A stretch of 64,000 nucleotides of DNA from Malacoraja senta. Lineage: Eukaryota. Made by a program: the position numbers and the translations under genes. The stretch covers positions 268,150,001 to 268,214,000 of the forward strand of contig CM075977.1 in the NCBI GenBank assembly GCA_038087875.1, given 5' to 3'. Below, in pieces: positions 1 to 12,949 of this stretch. The first letter of the stretch is position 1. Every line of letters begins with the position of its first letter. The notes below the pieces were generated by a model, which saw nothing but the letters and a program-made list of their open reading frames with translations, was not told the origin of the DNA and ran no database searches.

Positions 1-74
1 AGCATGGCACATTGGGCCGAAGAGCCTGTTTCCGTGCTGTATGAATCTATGACTCTATTACTCTAACGGATGAC

Positions 75-1570
75 AATAGGTGCAGGAGTAGGCCATTCGG
101 CCCTTCGAGCCAGCACCGCCATTCAATGTGATCATGGCTGATCATCCCCAATCAGTACCCCGTTCCTGCCTTCTCCCCATATCCCCTGACTCTGCTATCT
201 TTAAGAGCCCTATCTAGCTCCCTCTTGAAAGTATCTAGAGAACCAGCCTCCACCGCCCTCTGAGGCAGAGAATTCCACAGACTCACAACTCTCTGTGTGA
301 AAAAGTGTTTCCTCATCTCCGTTCTAAATGGCTTACCCCTTATTCTTAAACTGTGGCCCCTGGTTCTGGACTCCCCCAACATCGGGAACATGTTTCCTGT
401 CTCTAGCGTGTCCAACCCCTTTATGATCTTATATGTTTCAATAAGATTCCCTCTCATCCTTCTAAATTCCAGAGTATACAAGTCCAGCCGCTCCATTCTC
501 TCAGCATATGACAGTCCCGCCATCCCGGGAATTAACCTTGTAAACCTACGCTGCAATCCCTCAATAGCAAGAATGCCCTTCCTCAAATTAGGGTACCAAA
601 ATTGCACACAATACTCCAGGTGTGGTCTCACGAGGGGCCTGTACAACTGCAGAAGGACCTCTTTGCTGCTATACATGCCATTCGCTTTCTCTACTGCCTG
701 CTGTACCTGCATGCTTACTTTCATTGACTGATGAACAAGGACCCCCAGATCCCATTGTACTTCGCCTTATCCCAATTTGACACCATTTAGATAATAATCT
801 GCCTTTCTGTTTTTGCTACCAAAGTGGATAACCTCACATTTTTCCATATTAAACTGCATGGCATTCTCCGCACAGATCACACTGCCACCCAGCTTTGTGT
901 CATCTGCAAATTTGCTAATGTTATTTTGAATCCCTTCATCTAAATCATTGATGTATATTGTAAATACCTGCGTCCTAGCACCGAGCCTTGTGGTACCCCA
1001 CTAGTCACTGCCTGCCATTCTAAAAGGGACCCGTTAATCCCTACTCTTTGTTTCCTGTGTGTCAACCAATTTTCTATCCATGTAAGCACTCTACCCCCAA
1101 TTCCATGTGCCCTAATTTTGCCCACTAATCTCCTATGTGGGAACTTATCAAATGCTTTCTGAAAGTCCAGGTACACTACATCCACTGGCCTCCCTTGTCC
1201 ATATTGCCTTTTTAGTTATCTTCTGTTGCTCTTTAAACATTACCCATTCCTCTTGCTTCCCGCTCATCTTTGCTACGTTGTACTTCTCTTTTATTTTTAT
1301 ACTGTCCCAGATGTCCCTTGTCAGCCACGGTCGCCCCTTACTCCCCTTGGAATCTTTCTTCCTCTTTGGAATGAACTGATCCTGCACCTTCTGTATTAAT
1401 CCCAGAAATACACTGCCATTGTTGTTCCACTGTCATCCATGCTAGGGTATCTTTCCAATCAACTTTGGCCAGCTCCTCCCTCATGGCTCCATAGTCCCCT
1501 TTGTTCAACTGTAACACAGACACCTCCGATTTACCCTTCTCCCTCACAAATTGTAGATTAAAACGTACCA
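75..1570 (-). mobile_element. CR1 LINE, 5'-truncated, internally deleted (RT C-terminal part and 3'UTR)
   Basis: ORFs 152-724, 940-1185 and 1148-1387 (-): [42 protein letters not shown]; CR1 3'UTR GGCCGAATGGCCTACTCCTGCACC on the minus strand near 80-100. Confidence 0.93.
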
Positions 1571-3554
1571 TATTATATGAGCTCATACCATATGAGCTCA
1601 GGGGGAGGACTGGATGTGCTGGAGTGGATGGAGGGGATGCCCTCCTCTTCACTAGCCAAGTAAGAAGTTGGTTCTTGATTAGATAGTTTCCTGCTCGGGG
1701 AACCATCAAGCACAATCCTGCATTTTGTTTACTTGCAGGGCTCTTGTGAAGTTTTGTGTAGACAACTACCTGATGGGCTTGTGACTGAGAGCTTTCTACA
1801 AGGGAAGGTAATGTGGCACAATCCAACTAAACGGAATATTCTGCAGTAAACCAGCCACATCCATTCTTCCCAACACTGGGGTGACTTGAAACCTCGGCAT
1901 AGTAATTTCCTACCTAGGACCAATATACAGCCTGATTCAACCACTCGCCATTGGCAAACTGCACTCCTCTAATTTGGGTTTACTCATAATAAATGGGACC
2001 TCTTTTATCTGGATCGCTGTGGTGCCATTTCTGTCTGCCTTCAAAGTTGTGGTGAGGATGAGAATGGCTCTTGATAATATACAGTTAGCATTTGACATCA
2101 ATCACTCCAGTCACAGTGCGGGGAAAATATTCCTTTACTAATTATTTTTGGAAGATGAAATGAGAATTCTTACAAGTGATTTTTTGTTTCCTTTTTATTT
2201 TATTTTGAAAATACAACTAAATATTTGAGATTTTCTGTTCACACAAAGAGACATGTTAATGATATCTTTGTGATTTTTGTCTCAGGCTTCTTATTTGTAC
2301 AGCAATAGAAACATCAATAAATTAACATTTCAACCATGGGGCTGCCGTTGCATGTTTGCAATAGCTGCCCCGTGAAATGAATGGTAATAAAGTCACACAC
2401 TTTATAGTTTGCCTCATTACCTTCACATCCCTTTCCTGAATATTGTACAGACTTCACCAGATCAAAATAAAATCTTTTTCACCGTTGTTTATTCCTGGAA
2501 ATAAATTATTACTGAAACAGTTTTGAGCTGAAAAAGCAGACCTGGCATACCTTTCACAATCAGCAGCCCAGATAGAAACATGCACTTTAAATTATATCTT
2601 TTTTTTCCTTTTGAAAAGATGAAACTGATGCTTTTAACACATTTGTAGTTGGAAGAAATTGCCACTGTACAACACTTTATCAGTTGTTAAGAACGCCTCA
2701 AAGCACTTTAAATCAATTGCTTTTGAGAAACAATCACTGCCGTACATATTTTCAACTGCATTTTCAGATTGGCTTAGTGAATGCTTCAGTACTTAAGGTG
2801 CTTAAAATATGAGGTAAAAACAGGTTAAGGGCAACACAATCCAAAATACAGAGACACAGACATTGCAGGTACTATTGAAACGTTTAGCAGGTACTATTGT
2901 AACATTTAAGAAGCATTTAGATAACTACATGGATAGGCTAGGTTTAGAGGGATATGGGCCAAAAGTAGGCAGGTGGTAGATATGGATGGGGCATGTGTAG
3001 TAGAGGCATGTTGCTTGGCATGGCCAGGTTGGGCCGAAGGGCCCGTTTTCATCCTGAATGACTATGACAAGAAACTGCAACGACTGGTTTATAAAAACAA
3101 GAAACAAAGTGTTGGAATAATTCAGCGGTCAGGCAGCATCTCTGGAGAACATGGATAGATGACGTTTTGGGTCTGGACGCTGATTCAGACTGATTCCATA
3201 GGTCCAAAATATACTGCTCAGAGACTATTCCACAATGTCCGGTGAATAGATATCAGAGTTACTCTGATCATTGCAATACTAACTGACATTTATCTTAATT
3301 GTCTGGAGATGACCTTGCCTCTGTATGGGGATGTTTGTGGAATTCATGAGACAACCAGGATTTTTATCTGCACAATTGGGAATGTAGTCAGTTACAACTG
3401 GAGACCTGCTAATTTCTGCCTTTGGAATTTTCTTCACTTAAATTCAGGAAGCATTTGCTAATGCACAGAGTTCAGTTCCATGGAGAATGATCTTTTGGAT
3501 CGGAGTAAAAGGATGTTGTTGCTGAAAATCTGAATCAAAAACTGGAAAACACAA

Positions 3555-3765
3555 GGAAATGCAGATGCTGGAATCTTCAGCAAAACACAAAGCACCAGAA
3601 CCATTCAAGAAGGGTCTCGACCCAAAATGTCAACCATCAGTCTGAAGAAGGGTCTCGACCCTGAAACGTCACCCATTCCTACCAGAGTTGCTGCCTGTTC
3701 TGCTGTGTTACTCCAGAATTTTGTGTCTATCTTCACCAGAACCTTCGACAGGTCAGGCAGCATCG
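3555..3765. repeat. Penelope-end-derived palindromic repeat with hammerhead-like core
   Basis: GCAGATGCTGG arm and CTGAAGAAGGGTCTCGACCCTGAAACGTC at 3642-3670; same sequence terminates the GIY-YIG fragments at 10040-10160 and 33705-33800. Confidence 0.75.
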
Positions 3766-4189
3766 GTGAAGAGAGAAACAAAGATTGGTATTTTGGGTCA
3801 AAGACTCCTTTGAACTTGAAGGCTGAGGAAATAAATGTATTAAGTTATTGAGTAGTTGAACACTGATGGGAATTGAGGGAATGTCTGTCTGTCATAGCAC
3901 ACAGAACAACATTGTCAAAGTTGCAGTCTTTGTGGTGGCTGGAAATAGAAAAGAAAAACAAGAAACAAATTTAAATGGAAAGTAACAGTCACATCTGTGG
4001 AGAGAGAAAGCAAAATGGAATGATAACCTGAAATTGTTAAATTCAATATTACGTCTTGAGGGGTCTCATGTACACAATTGAAAAATGATGTACTGTTCCT
4101 TGAGCCAATGTTGGCCAAGGTAGAAGCAGAGTAAGAGGATGAAATCAGAAGAGAATTGAAGTATAAGTGACTGGAAGTATAGGCAAAAA

Positions 4190-4395
4190 GTACAACATGT
4201 TGGAGTAATTCAGCAGGTCAGACAACATCTGTGAAGGACATTGATAGGCAACATTTTAGGTTGGGACCCTTCTCCAGTTTGAATAGGGACCTGACCCGAC
4301 CACCACCTATCCATGTCCCCCAGTGATGCTGCCAGACCCACTGAGTTACTCCAGAACGTTGTCTTTATTGCTCACGATTCCAGCATCTGCAGTGA
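4190..4395. repeat. Penelope-end-derived palindromic repeat (degenerate)
   Basis: TTGGAGTAATTCAGCAGGTCAG ... GACCCACTGAGTTACTCCAG inverted arms. Confidence 0.7.
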
Positions 4396-5029
4396 TTTGT
4401 TTTCTGGAAGCTCAGGGTTGTCATGGGGACAGAGAATACATTTTGGAAATTTGGTGAAGTAGATGAAAGGGGATCGGTGTTTGTGCTTTAAGGAAATAAG
4501 AAAGTTGTACTAGTAAGAACAAGTGTTAAGGGTCAAGAGTGTTTAATTGCCATATATATCGATAACAGAACAATAAATTGTTACTTGCACTAAATACAAT
4601 ACACAGAGACAACATATTTTAAATTCACTATTTTTTTTTAAATTCAATGAATTAATAATCGTGATACTAATGCAAAAACCCAAAGTCCGTAGTGGAACCA
4701 CAGTCCTTAGAGGTTGATAGTTACTGATAAGAGAAGACAAGAGAGATTTGCTGATGAATTTGCAGTTTTCGTTTCTCTCTGATATGCAGCAAGTTCCAAC
4801 ATATTATGATTCAATGCAATAAGAGTAACTCAAATTGATTGCTTAAAATTAGATTAATTAAACTAAATTGCAATTAAAAGTAAAATGTCACCTGAAAAAA
4901 ATTAAATTGCTCATGAATTACGACAACTGTATCAGGGCCAGTAACATATGGTGGTGTTTGCAGTGTGTGGGAACCAGTGTTGCACTGTGGCCTCATTCGT
5001 TGCAAATGTACACAGGATCTAAATTAGTT

Positions 5030-5815
5030 GGGAACTGGGCCAAAGTATGGCAAATTAAATTTAATTCTGATGAGTATGAGGTGTTGCACATTAGTGTGAC
5101 AAACCAGGGCACCACTTCTACAGTAAATGGTAGAGCCCTGGAGAGTATTGCAGAACAGAGAGACCTTTTGCATGGTTCCCTGAAAGTTTCGAGTCAGACA
5201 AAGAGTGTGATGAAGACTGCCTTTGGCACGGTTGCGTCATTGGGAAGGTTATTGAGTACAAAGGTTGGGACATCATGATGCAGCGACATAAGTTGTCGGT
5301 GAGACCACACTTGAAGTACTGTGTGCAGTTCTGCTTTCCAAGCTGCAAGAAGGTTGTCTTAAGCTGGACAGAAGAGATTCACCAGGATGTTACTTGGGCT
5401 TGCGGGCCTAAGTTATACTGAGAGGTTGAATAGGCTGGGACGTTTTTCTTTGGTGTGCAGGAGGCTGAGGAGTGACCTGATTAAGTTTTACAAGATCATG
5501 AGTGGCACGGATAAAGTGAACGCTCACAGTATTTTTCCCAGGGTCTAAGACTATAGAGCATCGGCTTAAGGTGACAAGGGGATGATTTATGAAGGATCTC
5601 TCAAAGGGTAGTCCATTTTGGCAATGAGCTGCCAGAGGAAGCTACAGAAGGAGGTGCAATTACAAATTTTAAAAGACATTTGGAGAAATAAATGGATAGG
5701 AAGAGTTTAGAGGGCTTTGGGACAGATGCAGGCAAATGGGACTGGCCAAATATGCCAACCAGATTGGCATGAATAAGATGGGTTGAAGGTTCTCCTTCCA
5801 TGCTGTAGAAATCTA
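5030..5815 (+). mobile_element. CR1 LINE 3' fragment (older subfamily)
   Basis: WAKVWQIKFNSDEYEVLH, EQRDL, VRPHLKYCVQF motifs; CR1-type 3'UTR to about 5815. Confidence 0.85.
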
Positions 5816-6184
5816 TACTTTCAATATCTGCGGTGAGGCTGCCTTCCCTCAGCAGCGACGTCCTCGCTCCACGTGTCTGTCCTCGTCCGTCGGTTGGCGC
5901 CCCCATCGACCGCCGCACTGACCTCTCCACTAACGCTGCCGGGTCCTCTCCTGAGGCCTCTGTGCCGCCGACCTGGGCCCCACTCGCGGGCTCCGTCGGC
6001 CGCGGGCTCCGACACGCGAGGTTAGGCTGCTCCAACAGACCCGCGAGGCCCTGGCTGGGCTCCGACCCGGGCTTCTCAGTGACTATCTGGGAGGGATCGA
6101 GATCGCGACGCCTCGATAAAGACCTCCAGCCACGTTCCCAGTCCACAGCCGCGACCCAGTGGGAAGCCTTCTACACTCCATATA

Positions 6185-6945
6185 CTCCTCGAGGATTCCC
6201 TTGATCCCAGCTGCCTATATTTGACATATGGCTGCTTTTCCTTGACCAGGACCTCAACAACAGAGTTCCCCACCTAACGCAGCTCTGCTCTGCACTTTAA
6301 TTGGAGCATGTGAGCCCTGAACACTCGCTATCTCACTTTTAAAAATCTCCCATTTACCCAATATTACCCAAACGGTTTCCTTCAATCAATTGTTGAAAGT
6401 TCCTGTCTAATACCATCAAAATTGACCTTGCACTAATTTAGGAGTGCAACTTTTGGTCCAGTCTTACCCTTTTAAATAACTATTTAAAGAATAATAGAAT
6501 TATGATCACTTAGTCCCAAAGGGTTCCTCTGCCAAAGGTTTGATCACCTGTCCTACCTTATTGCACAAGAGGAGATTGTGTTTTATCCCTTCTCTAGTAG
6601 GGCCTGAATGTTCCTGAACAGACTTAACAGACTCCAACCCATTCTGCCCTTAGCACAATGGTAGACAGATGGTATTAGGAAACTTAAAATATCCTCACAA
6701 TTAAAACACTATTATTCCTGCAGCCCTTTATGATTTCCCTACATTGTTCCTCCTCTAATTCCCACTGATTATTGGGGGGCCTACAGTACAATCCCATCAA
6801 ATTGATCACCCCCTTCTATCTAATTTCCAGCCTTATAGTCACAATGGACTATCCTAAGTCAAATAACAACTTCCCTTCCAATCTTTCACCCATCTCTATC
6901 CCTCCTGTCGCATTTGTATCCTGGAAGAATGAGCTGCCAGGTGCA
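6185..6945 (-). mobile_element. CR1 endonuclease/linker fragment, degraded
   Basis: Minus strand reads like the CR1 EN C-terminus (GGFPNIxW region, ASDH region) and linker EPWL-type segment (ORF 6076-6273). Confidence 0.6.
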
Positions 6946-6954
6946 ATAATCCTC

Positions 6955-7255
6955 ACAGAGTCATAGAGTGTGGAAACAGGCCCTTCGGCCCAACTTGTCA
7001 ACATGTCCAAGCTACACTAGGCCCACCTGCCTGTTTTTGGTTCATATCTCTCCAAACCAGTCCTATTCATGTACCTGTCTAACTGTTCCTTAAACATTGG
7101 GATAGTCCCAGCCTCAACTTCCTCCTCTGGCAGCTTGTTCCATATAACCACCTCCCTTTGTGTGAAAAGGTTACCCCTCAGATTCCTATTAAATCTTTTC
7201 CACTTCACCTTAAACCTATGTCCTCTGGTCCTTGATCCACCTACTCTGGGCAAGA
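6955..7255 (-). mobile_element. CR1 3' end
   Basis: ORF 7017-7253 SRTRGHRFKVK...FTQREVVIWNKLPEE plus 3' tail. Confidence 0.88.
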
Positions 7256-7257
7256 CC

Positions 7258-8385
7258 CCTGGGGAACTTTAAACTTTTCATCAATTGGTTGAATCAAATT
7301 GAAGACAAGTTTTGGAATATATATAGGATAGTGTCTTAGAATAATACATAGTGAAACCGACCAGGGATTGGGCAATTTTAGATCTGGTATTGTGCAATGA
7401 AGCAATATTGGTTAATGATCTCATAGTAAGAGATTCTCATAGTAAGAGATTCTCTTTTAGTAAATAATCAATTTTGCTTCAGAGTTGGAAACCTGGTCAG
7501 AAAGTAATCATAAAAAAGTAAAGACAACTACAAAGACGTGAAAGCCGAGTTAGCTAAAAAAGACAGGTAAAATAGTTTAAAAGGTTAATAAGTAGTGAAG
7601 CTGTAGCAGATTTAAACAGACGTCTCATAATTCTCAACAGAGATATATTCTATTGAGATTGCAAATGGAAGATGAATGAGACATCTTTAGGGAACAAAGG
7701 AAGTTAAGGTACCAAAATGAAAGAACATGTCTATGATGTTGTGAAGATTAATGATAGGACAGCAGATTGGGAACATTTTAAAAATCATCAAAGAATGACT
7801 GTAGAAAGATAAGGAGGAACAAGAAATGATGAGAGTACGCCTGCAAGAAATATAAAAACAGAGGTTTTTCAATTGTAGAACTTCTACAATGCTACTACAC
7901 TGTGAAGGGCAGAAAAGATTTATGAAGATGTTGCCAGAACATAAGAGCTGCAGCTGCAGGGAAAGGTTGTGCAGGCTTGCACTTTAATCCTTAGTGCACA
8001 GGAGGCTGAGGGATGATCTTATAGATATGTATAAAATCATGAGAGGAATAGATAGGGTGAATGCATAGAGTATTTTTCCCAGAGTTGGGGAGTCAAGAAC
8101 TAGAGGAGATAGTTTAAGGTGAATGGGGATAAATGTAATAGGAACTCGATGGGCAACTTTGTTCACACAGAGGATAGTGGGCATATGAAGCAAGCTGCCA
8201 GAGGAAGTCATTGAAGCAGGAACAATAATAACATTTAAAAATCATTTGGACAGGTTTATGAATGTGAAGGTTTAGAGGGGTATAGGCCAAACACAGATAA
8301 ATGGGACAAACTTAGATGGGGCAACTTGGTTAGCATGGCCAAGTTGGGCAGAGGGGTCTGTTTCTGTACTGTATGACCATGATTA
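7258..8385 (+). mobile_element. Old CR1 fragments (EN/linker 7258-7860; 3' end 7905-8385)
   Basis: PTRDWAILDLVLCNE-like segment near 7355-7400; RLRDDLIDMYKI and SRTRG motifs; CR1 3'UTR. Confidence 0.75.
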
Positions 8386-8579
8386 TGGCACTAATTCTAT
8401 AAAAAGGAACTCAGTAGCTGGGGTAAAGATATGCTTTGGTGCGATGAGACTGGGGAATTAATAATGGAAAACAAGGACGTAAAGAATTTGAACAAAAATT
8501 GTGTATCTGTTATCTTGATAGACCATACTGGGAACATTGCCATGAACATTAGACTGAAGGCACAATCACTGATGAAAAG

Positions 8580-8890
8580 TTTTAGATTTTAGACTTTAAA
8601 GATACAGTGTGAAAACAGGCCCTTTTGTCGACAGAGTCCACGCTGACCAGTGATCCTCATAGGCCAACACTATCCTACACACAAGGGACAACTTTACAAT
8701 TTGACCAAAGCCAATTAACGTACATACCTGTATGTATTTAGAGTGTGGAGGAATCCAGAGCACACAGAGAAAACCCACGCAGTCATATGGAGAACGTGCA
8801 AACCCCACACAGGCAGCACCCGAAGTCAGGATTGCACCTGGGTCTCCGGTGGTGTAGGACAGCAATTCTACCACTGCGCCACTGTGCCAC
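8580..8890 (-). mobile_element. HE1-like V-SINE (tRNA head, V domain, CR1 tail)
   Basis: Reverse complement of GTGGCACAGTGGCGCAGTGGTAGA...GTTTGCACGTTCTCC...GGGCCTGTTT...GTATCT. Confidence 0.85.
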
Positions 8891-9055
8891 CTAAGCATTG
8901 TGGAAAAAATGGGATTAGATGCTACCAAGTCCTGCAAACCTGCATGTGTAGGTTTTTAATGCAATGGCTGCAGAATTAGTGGATGCACTGATTGTAAACT
9001 TTTGAAATCCCCCAAATTCTGCAAAGTTTCCAGAAATGGGGAACAAAAACTGCAA

Positions 9056-9690
9056 GTACAAGGTTTCAAGGTTTCAAGGTCTCAAGGTCAGTTTATTGTC
9101 ACATGTACTAATTAAGTGAAATTCGAATTATGATACAGCCATACTAAAAAAAAAGCAACAAGACACACAACTACATAACAGTTAATATAAACATCCAGCA
9201 CAGCGTATTCCCCACGTTCCTCACTGCGATGGTCCAATCTCCTTCCTCTTTATTCTGCCGCGGTCAGGGCAGTCGAACCATCCGCAGTCGGGGTGATCGA
9301 AGCTCCCGCAGCCGTCGGTCGAAGCCCCGGGTCTGGGCCTTCGGAACTCCCGTGTCGGGGCGATCGAAATTACCAAGTCGGGGCGGTCGAAACTCCTGCA
9401 GCTTGGAGTCCCCGCTGTCTGTCTCTAACCAGAGACCACGGGCTCTGCGATATTAAAGTCCCGTAGGCTCCCACGGTTGGAGCCTCAAGGTCGACACCCA
9501 ACATGGATCGCGAACTCCGTGATGGTAAGTCCGCAGGCCCCCGCGATGGAGCTCCCCCTCGATCTCCAGCAAAGGTAGCCAACTCCACGATGTTAGGCCG
9601 CAGTGCAGACGGAGATATGATATGGAAAAACCCCCCATCTCCATCGAGGTAAGAGATTAGAACACGTTTCCCTCAACTCCCCCCACCTCC
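9056..9690 (-). mobile_element. GC-rich non-autonomous retroelement with Rex1-like 3' tail, (CCTTGAAA)n end
   Basis: Tandem AAGGTTTC repeats then TTTATTGTCA; 3' part resembles 14860-14990; interrupts an old CR1. Confidence 0.55.
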
Positions 9691-10039
9691 ACAATGGACC
9701 TATACAATAATGGAGGAGGACAGAAATGAGGAAAACTATAGCAGGGGAAAGTTGGAATCCATGATTAACTGATAGAGAACATTTGGATATTCATACAGGG
9801 TCATTCTAATTTCATGAAAGGAAGTTTATTAGAACTCTTTGAGCATGGAACAAATGGTGTGGCTAAAGGGAAAAGAGTACATTTTAATGTGTTTGATTTC
9901 CAAGTGGAATTTATTGAAGTGTCATAAGGTTGTTACACAAGATAAGAATGTTGCATAAGAGCAAATATATTAGCATGCGTAGAGGATTGAAGGAACCAAA
10001 AACAGAATTGCAATAAATGGATCATATTCAGGATATTCA

Positions 10040-10830
10040 AGAAGGAACTACAGATGCTGGAAAATCGAAGGTAGACAAAAGTGCTGGAGAAACTCAGCGG
10101 GTGCTATGGAGCGAAGGAAATAGGCAACGTTTCGGGCCGAAACCCTTCTTCAGACTGATGCAGGGTGGGGAGGGGGAGGGGGGGGGGCGGGAAGAAGAAA
10201 GGATGAGGAGGAGCCAGAGGGCTGAGGGAGAAGCAGGGAAGGGGAGGAGACGTCAAGGGCTAACGGAAATTGGAGAAGTCAATGTTCAAGCTGCTGGGGT
10301 GCAGACTGCCCAAGCGGAATTATGTGGTGCAGCTCCTCCAATTTCTGGTGGTGCTCACTCTGGACATGGAGGAGTCCCAGGACAGAAAGGTCGGATTCGG
10401 AATGGGAGGGGGAGTTGAAGTGCTGAGCCACAGGGAGATCAGGTTGGTTAATGCGGACCGAGCAGAGGTGTTCGGCGAAACGATCGCCAAGCCTACGCTT
10501 GGTCTCACCGATGTAGATCAACTGACATCTAGAACAGCGGATGCAGTAGATGAGGTTGGAGGAGATGCAGGTGAACCTCTGTCGCACCTGGAACAACTGC
10601 TTGGGTCCTTGAATGGAGTCGAGGGGGGAGGTAAAACGACAAGTGTAGCATCTCCAGCGGTTGCAAGGGAAAGTGCCCGGGGAGGGGGTGGGAAGGGTGG
10701 GAAGGGAAGAATTGACCAGGGAGTTATGGAGGGAGTGGTCTTTGCGGAAAGCAAACAGGGGGGGAGATGGGAAGATGTGGCGAGTAGTGGGGTCATGTTG
10801 GAGGTGGCGAAAATGACGGAGGACTATTTA
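10040..10830 (-). mobile_element. Penelope-like element 3' fragment (GIY-YIG endonuclease plus terminal repeat)
   Basis: ORF 10279-10596 NLIYCIRCSRCQLIYIGETKRRLGDRFAEH; upstream Cys motif; terminal repeat at 10040-10160. Confidence 0.92.
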
Positions 10831-12371
10831 TTGTATATTCAGTATGGCAAGCTGTAATTAGTAAGGTTATGGGGAGGCAGAAGGATGACATTGCCAGATC
10901 AGCTCAGCCAAGACCTTCGTGATTGGCAAGGCAGTCTCGATGGGCCACATGTACTAAACCTGCTCAAATTCTTGTGTTAATCTTTATGTAGATGGATTTT
11001 CAGCCATGGCTGGGGATGATCAGCCATAATCATATTGAATTGCAATGCTGGCTCGAAGGGCTGAGTGGCCTACTCCTGCGCCCAATGTATATTGTCTATT
11101 GTCTATTTTGGCTGCATCTCAGGTGGATTTTGATTAGCTCAAGGAACAATTTTGATTTTGAACAACTGTGTAAGAAAGGAGACTCAAGGAACTGAAGATG
11201 CGGGTTTACAAAAAAAGACACTAACTGCTCGAGTAACTCAATAATCAGGCAGAATCACTGGAGGATATGAATAGGTGATGTCTCAAGTCAGGACTCTTCT
11301 TCAGAAACCTTCTGTAAAAAGGATATGAAGAAAGAAAGAGATACATAACTGGAACCTGATTCCCAGGTGTAATTCCATGTTTCTTTGTTTAATTGATGAC
11401 TGACGCAATAGAAGGGCAGCACAGTAGATTTCCAGCAAGTATGCCTATCGCGCTATCCCTCGCCCTCACTTCTGGAAATCCAACCATTCAGCTGTGCTGC
11501 TTCCTCCTGCATACAGGCAGCTACTGAAGAGCGCACCCCCAGATGTGAGGACTGCACAGAGCAGGTCTGGGGAGGCAGAGGAACAACTATGGGACTGCTT
11601 GGAGTCAGTAGACTGGGCAATGTTGAAGGACTCGGCAACGGACCTGAATGAATTTGCCAGTCGTTACAGACTTCATAAGGAAATGTGTGGAGGACTGCGT
11701 TCCTACAAAAACCTTCAGAGTATTTCCCAACCAGAAGCCTTGGATGAACCAGGAGATCCGCATTCTTCTCTAGACCAGATCCCGGGCATTTAGATCTGAT
11801 GACGCAGAGGTCAAAAAGAGGTCCAGATAGGGAGAACACTGATGTGTCTTCCCGAGCCCCCATACACCCTTATGGTATTACAGTCACAGAGGCTGACCTC
11901 AGAAGATCCTTCTGGGGGATGAGCCCTCAGAAAGCACCTGGACCTGATGGTATACCCGGTCGAGTTCTCAAAACCTGTGCAGCCCAACTGGCTGGAGTTT
12001 TTACGGACATTTTCAACCTCTCATTATTGAGGTCTGAGATTCCCACCTGTTTTAAAAGGGCATCAATAATACCGGTGCCCAAGACTAGCAAGATTACGTG
12101 CCTCAATGACTGTCGACCAGTGGCACTAACGTCCATGATGATGAAGTGTTTTGAGAGGTTGGTTATGGTGCATATCAACTCCTACCTCGACAAGAACCTC
12201 GACCCATTACAGTTCGCCTACTGTCACAACAGGTCAATGGAGGATGCGATCTTACTGGCTCTCCACTCCGCACTGGACCACTTGGACAATAAAAACACTT
12301 ACGTAAGGCTGTTGTTTATAGACTACAGCTCGGCGTTCAATACCATCATCCCTTCCAAGCTGGTTACCAAG

Positions 12372-12934
12372 AGGTGTTCCCTGCAACTTTTTTCTCCCGG
12401 TTCACTTTTGCGGGCTGGAAGAGTCTGTGTACCATGTGTACATGGAGTGCGTGAGGCTGCAGCCCATGTTTCAATACCTAAAGGGGCTGCTCTTTGCCTT
12501 CTGGCTGCATTTTTCACCGACCATCCTCACCTCTGGACACCCTGTGCGTAGGGGAGAGGGTAGGGCTGAAGATGTTCTGGTTGGGTTGCTCCTGGGCCTG
12601 GCCAAGCTGGCCATCCGTGAGTCAAGGCACCAGGCAGTGGAGGGCTCTACCCGAACAGGCTGCCTGCCCCTTTTCCGGGGATACGTCGGTGCCCGGGTGC
12701 GGTTAGAAAGGGAATATGCCCTGTCCACGGGCACCCTGGGGATTTCCGGGACCGCTGGGCACCGAGGGGGGTTGAATGCATCCTCGACAAGGAGTGTAAT
12801 ATAGTTATATAATAGTTTATTGTTTGTCGTGTATTATTGTGGTGGGTTCTGTTTTGGTTTTTACTGTTCTGTTTATTATTTTAATATTTGAATAAATATT
12901 TTTGATTAATAATAAAAAAATAAAAATTTAAAAA
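12372..12934 (+). mobile_element. Tx1/L1-clade LINE 3' fragment, unit 1
   Basis: Partial CCHC knuckle FCGLEESVYHVYMEC, T-rich 3'UTR, AATAAA and A tail; flanked by AAGCTGGTTACCAAG at 12357 and 12935. Confidence 0.85.
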
Positions 12935-12949
12935 AAGCTGGTTACCAAG

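Noticed and set aside
297-731. Antisense ORFs over CR1/Rex1/Gypsy (also 50312-50593, 50612-51016, 40653-40886 and others)
   Set aside because: Shadow frames of TE coding sequence
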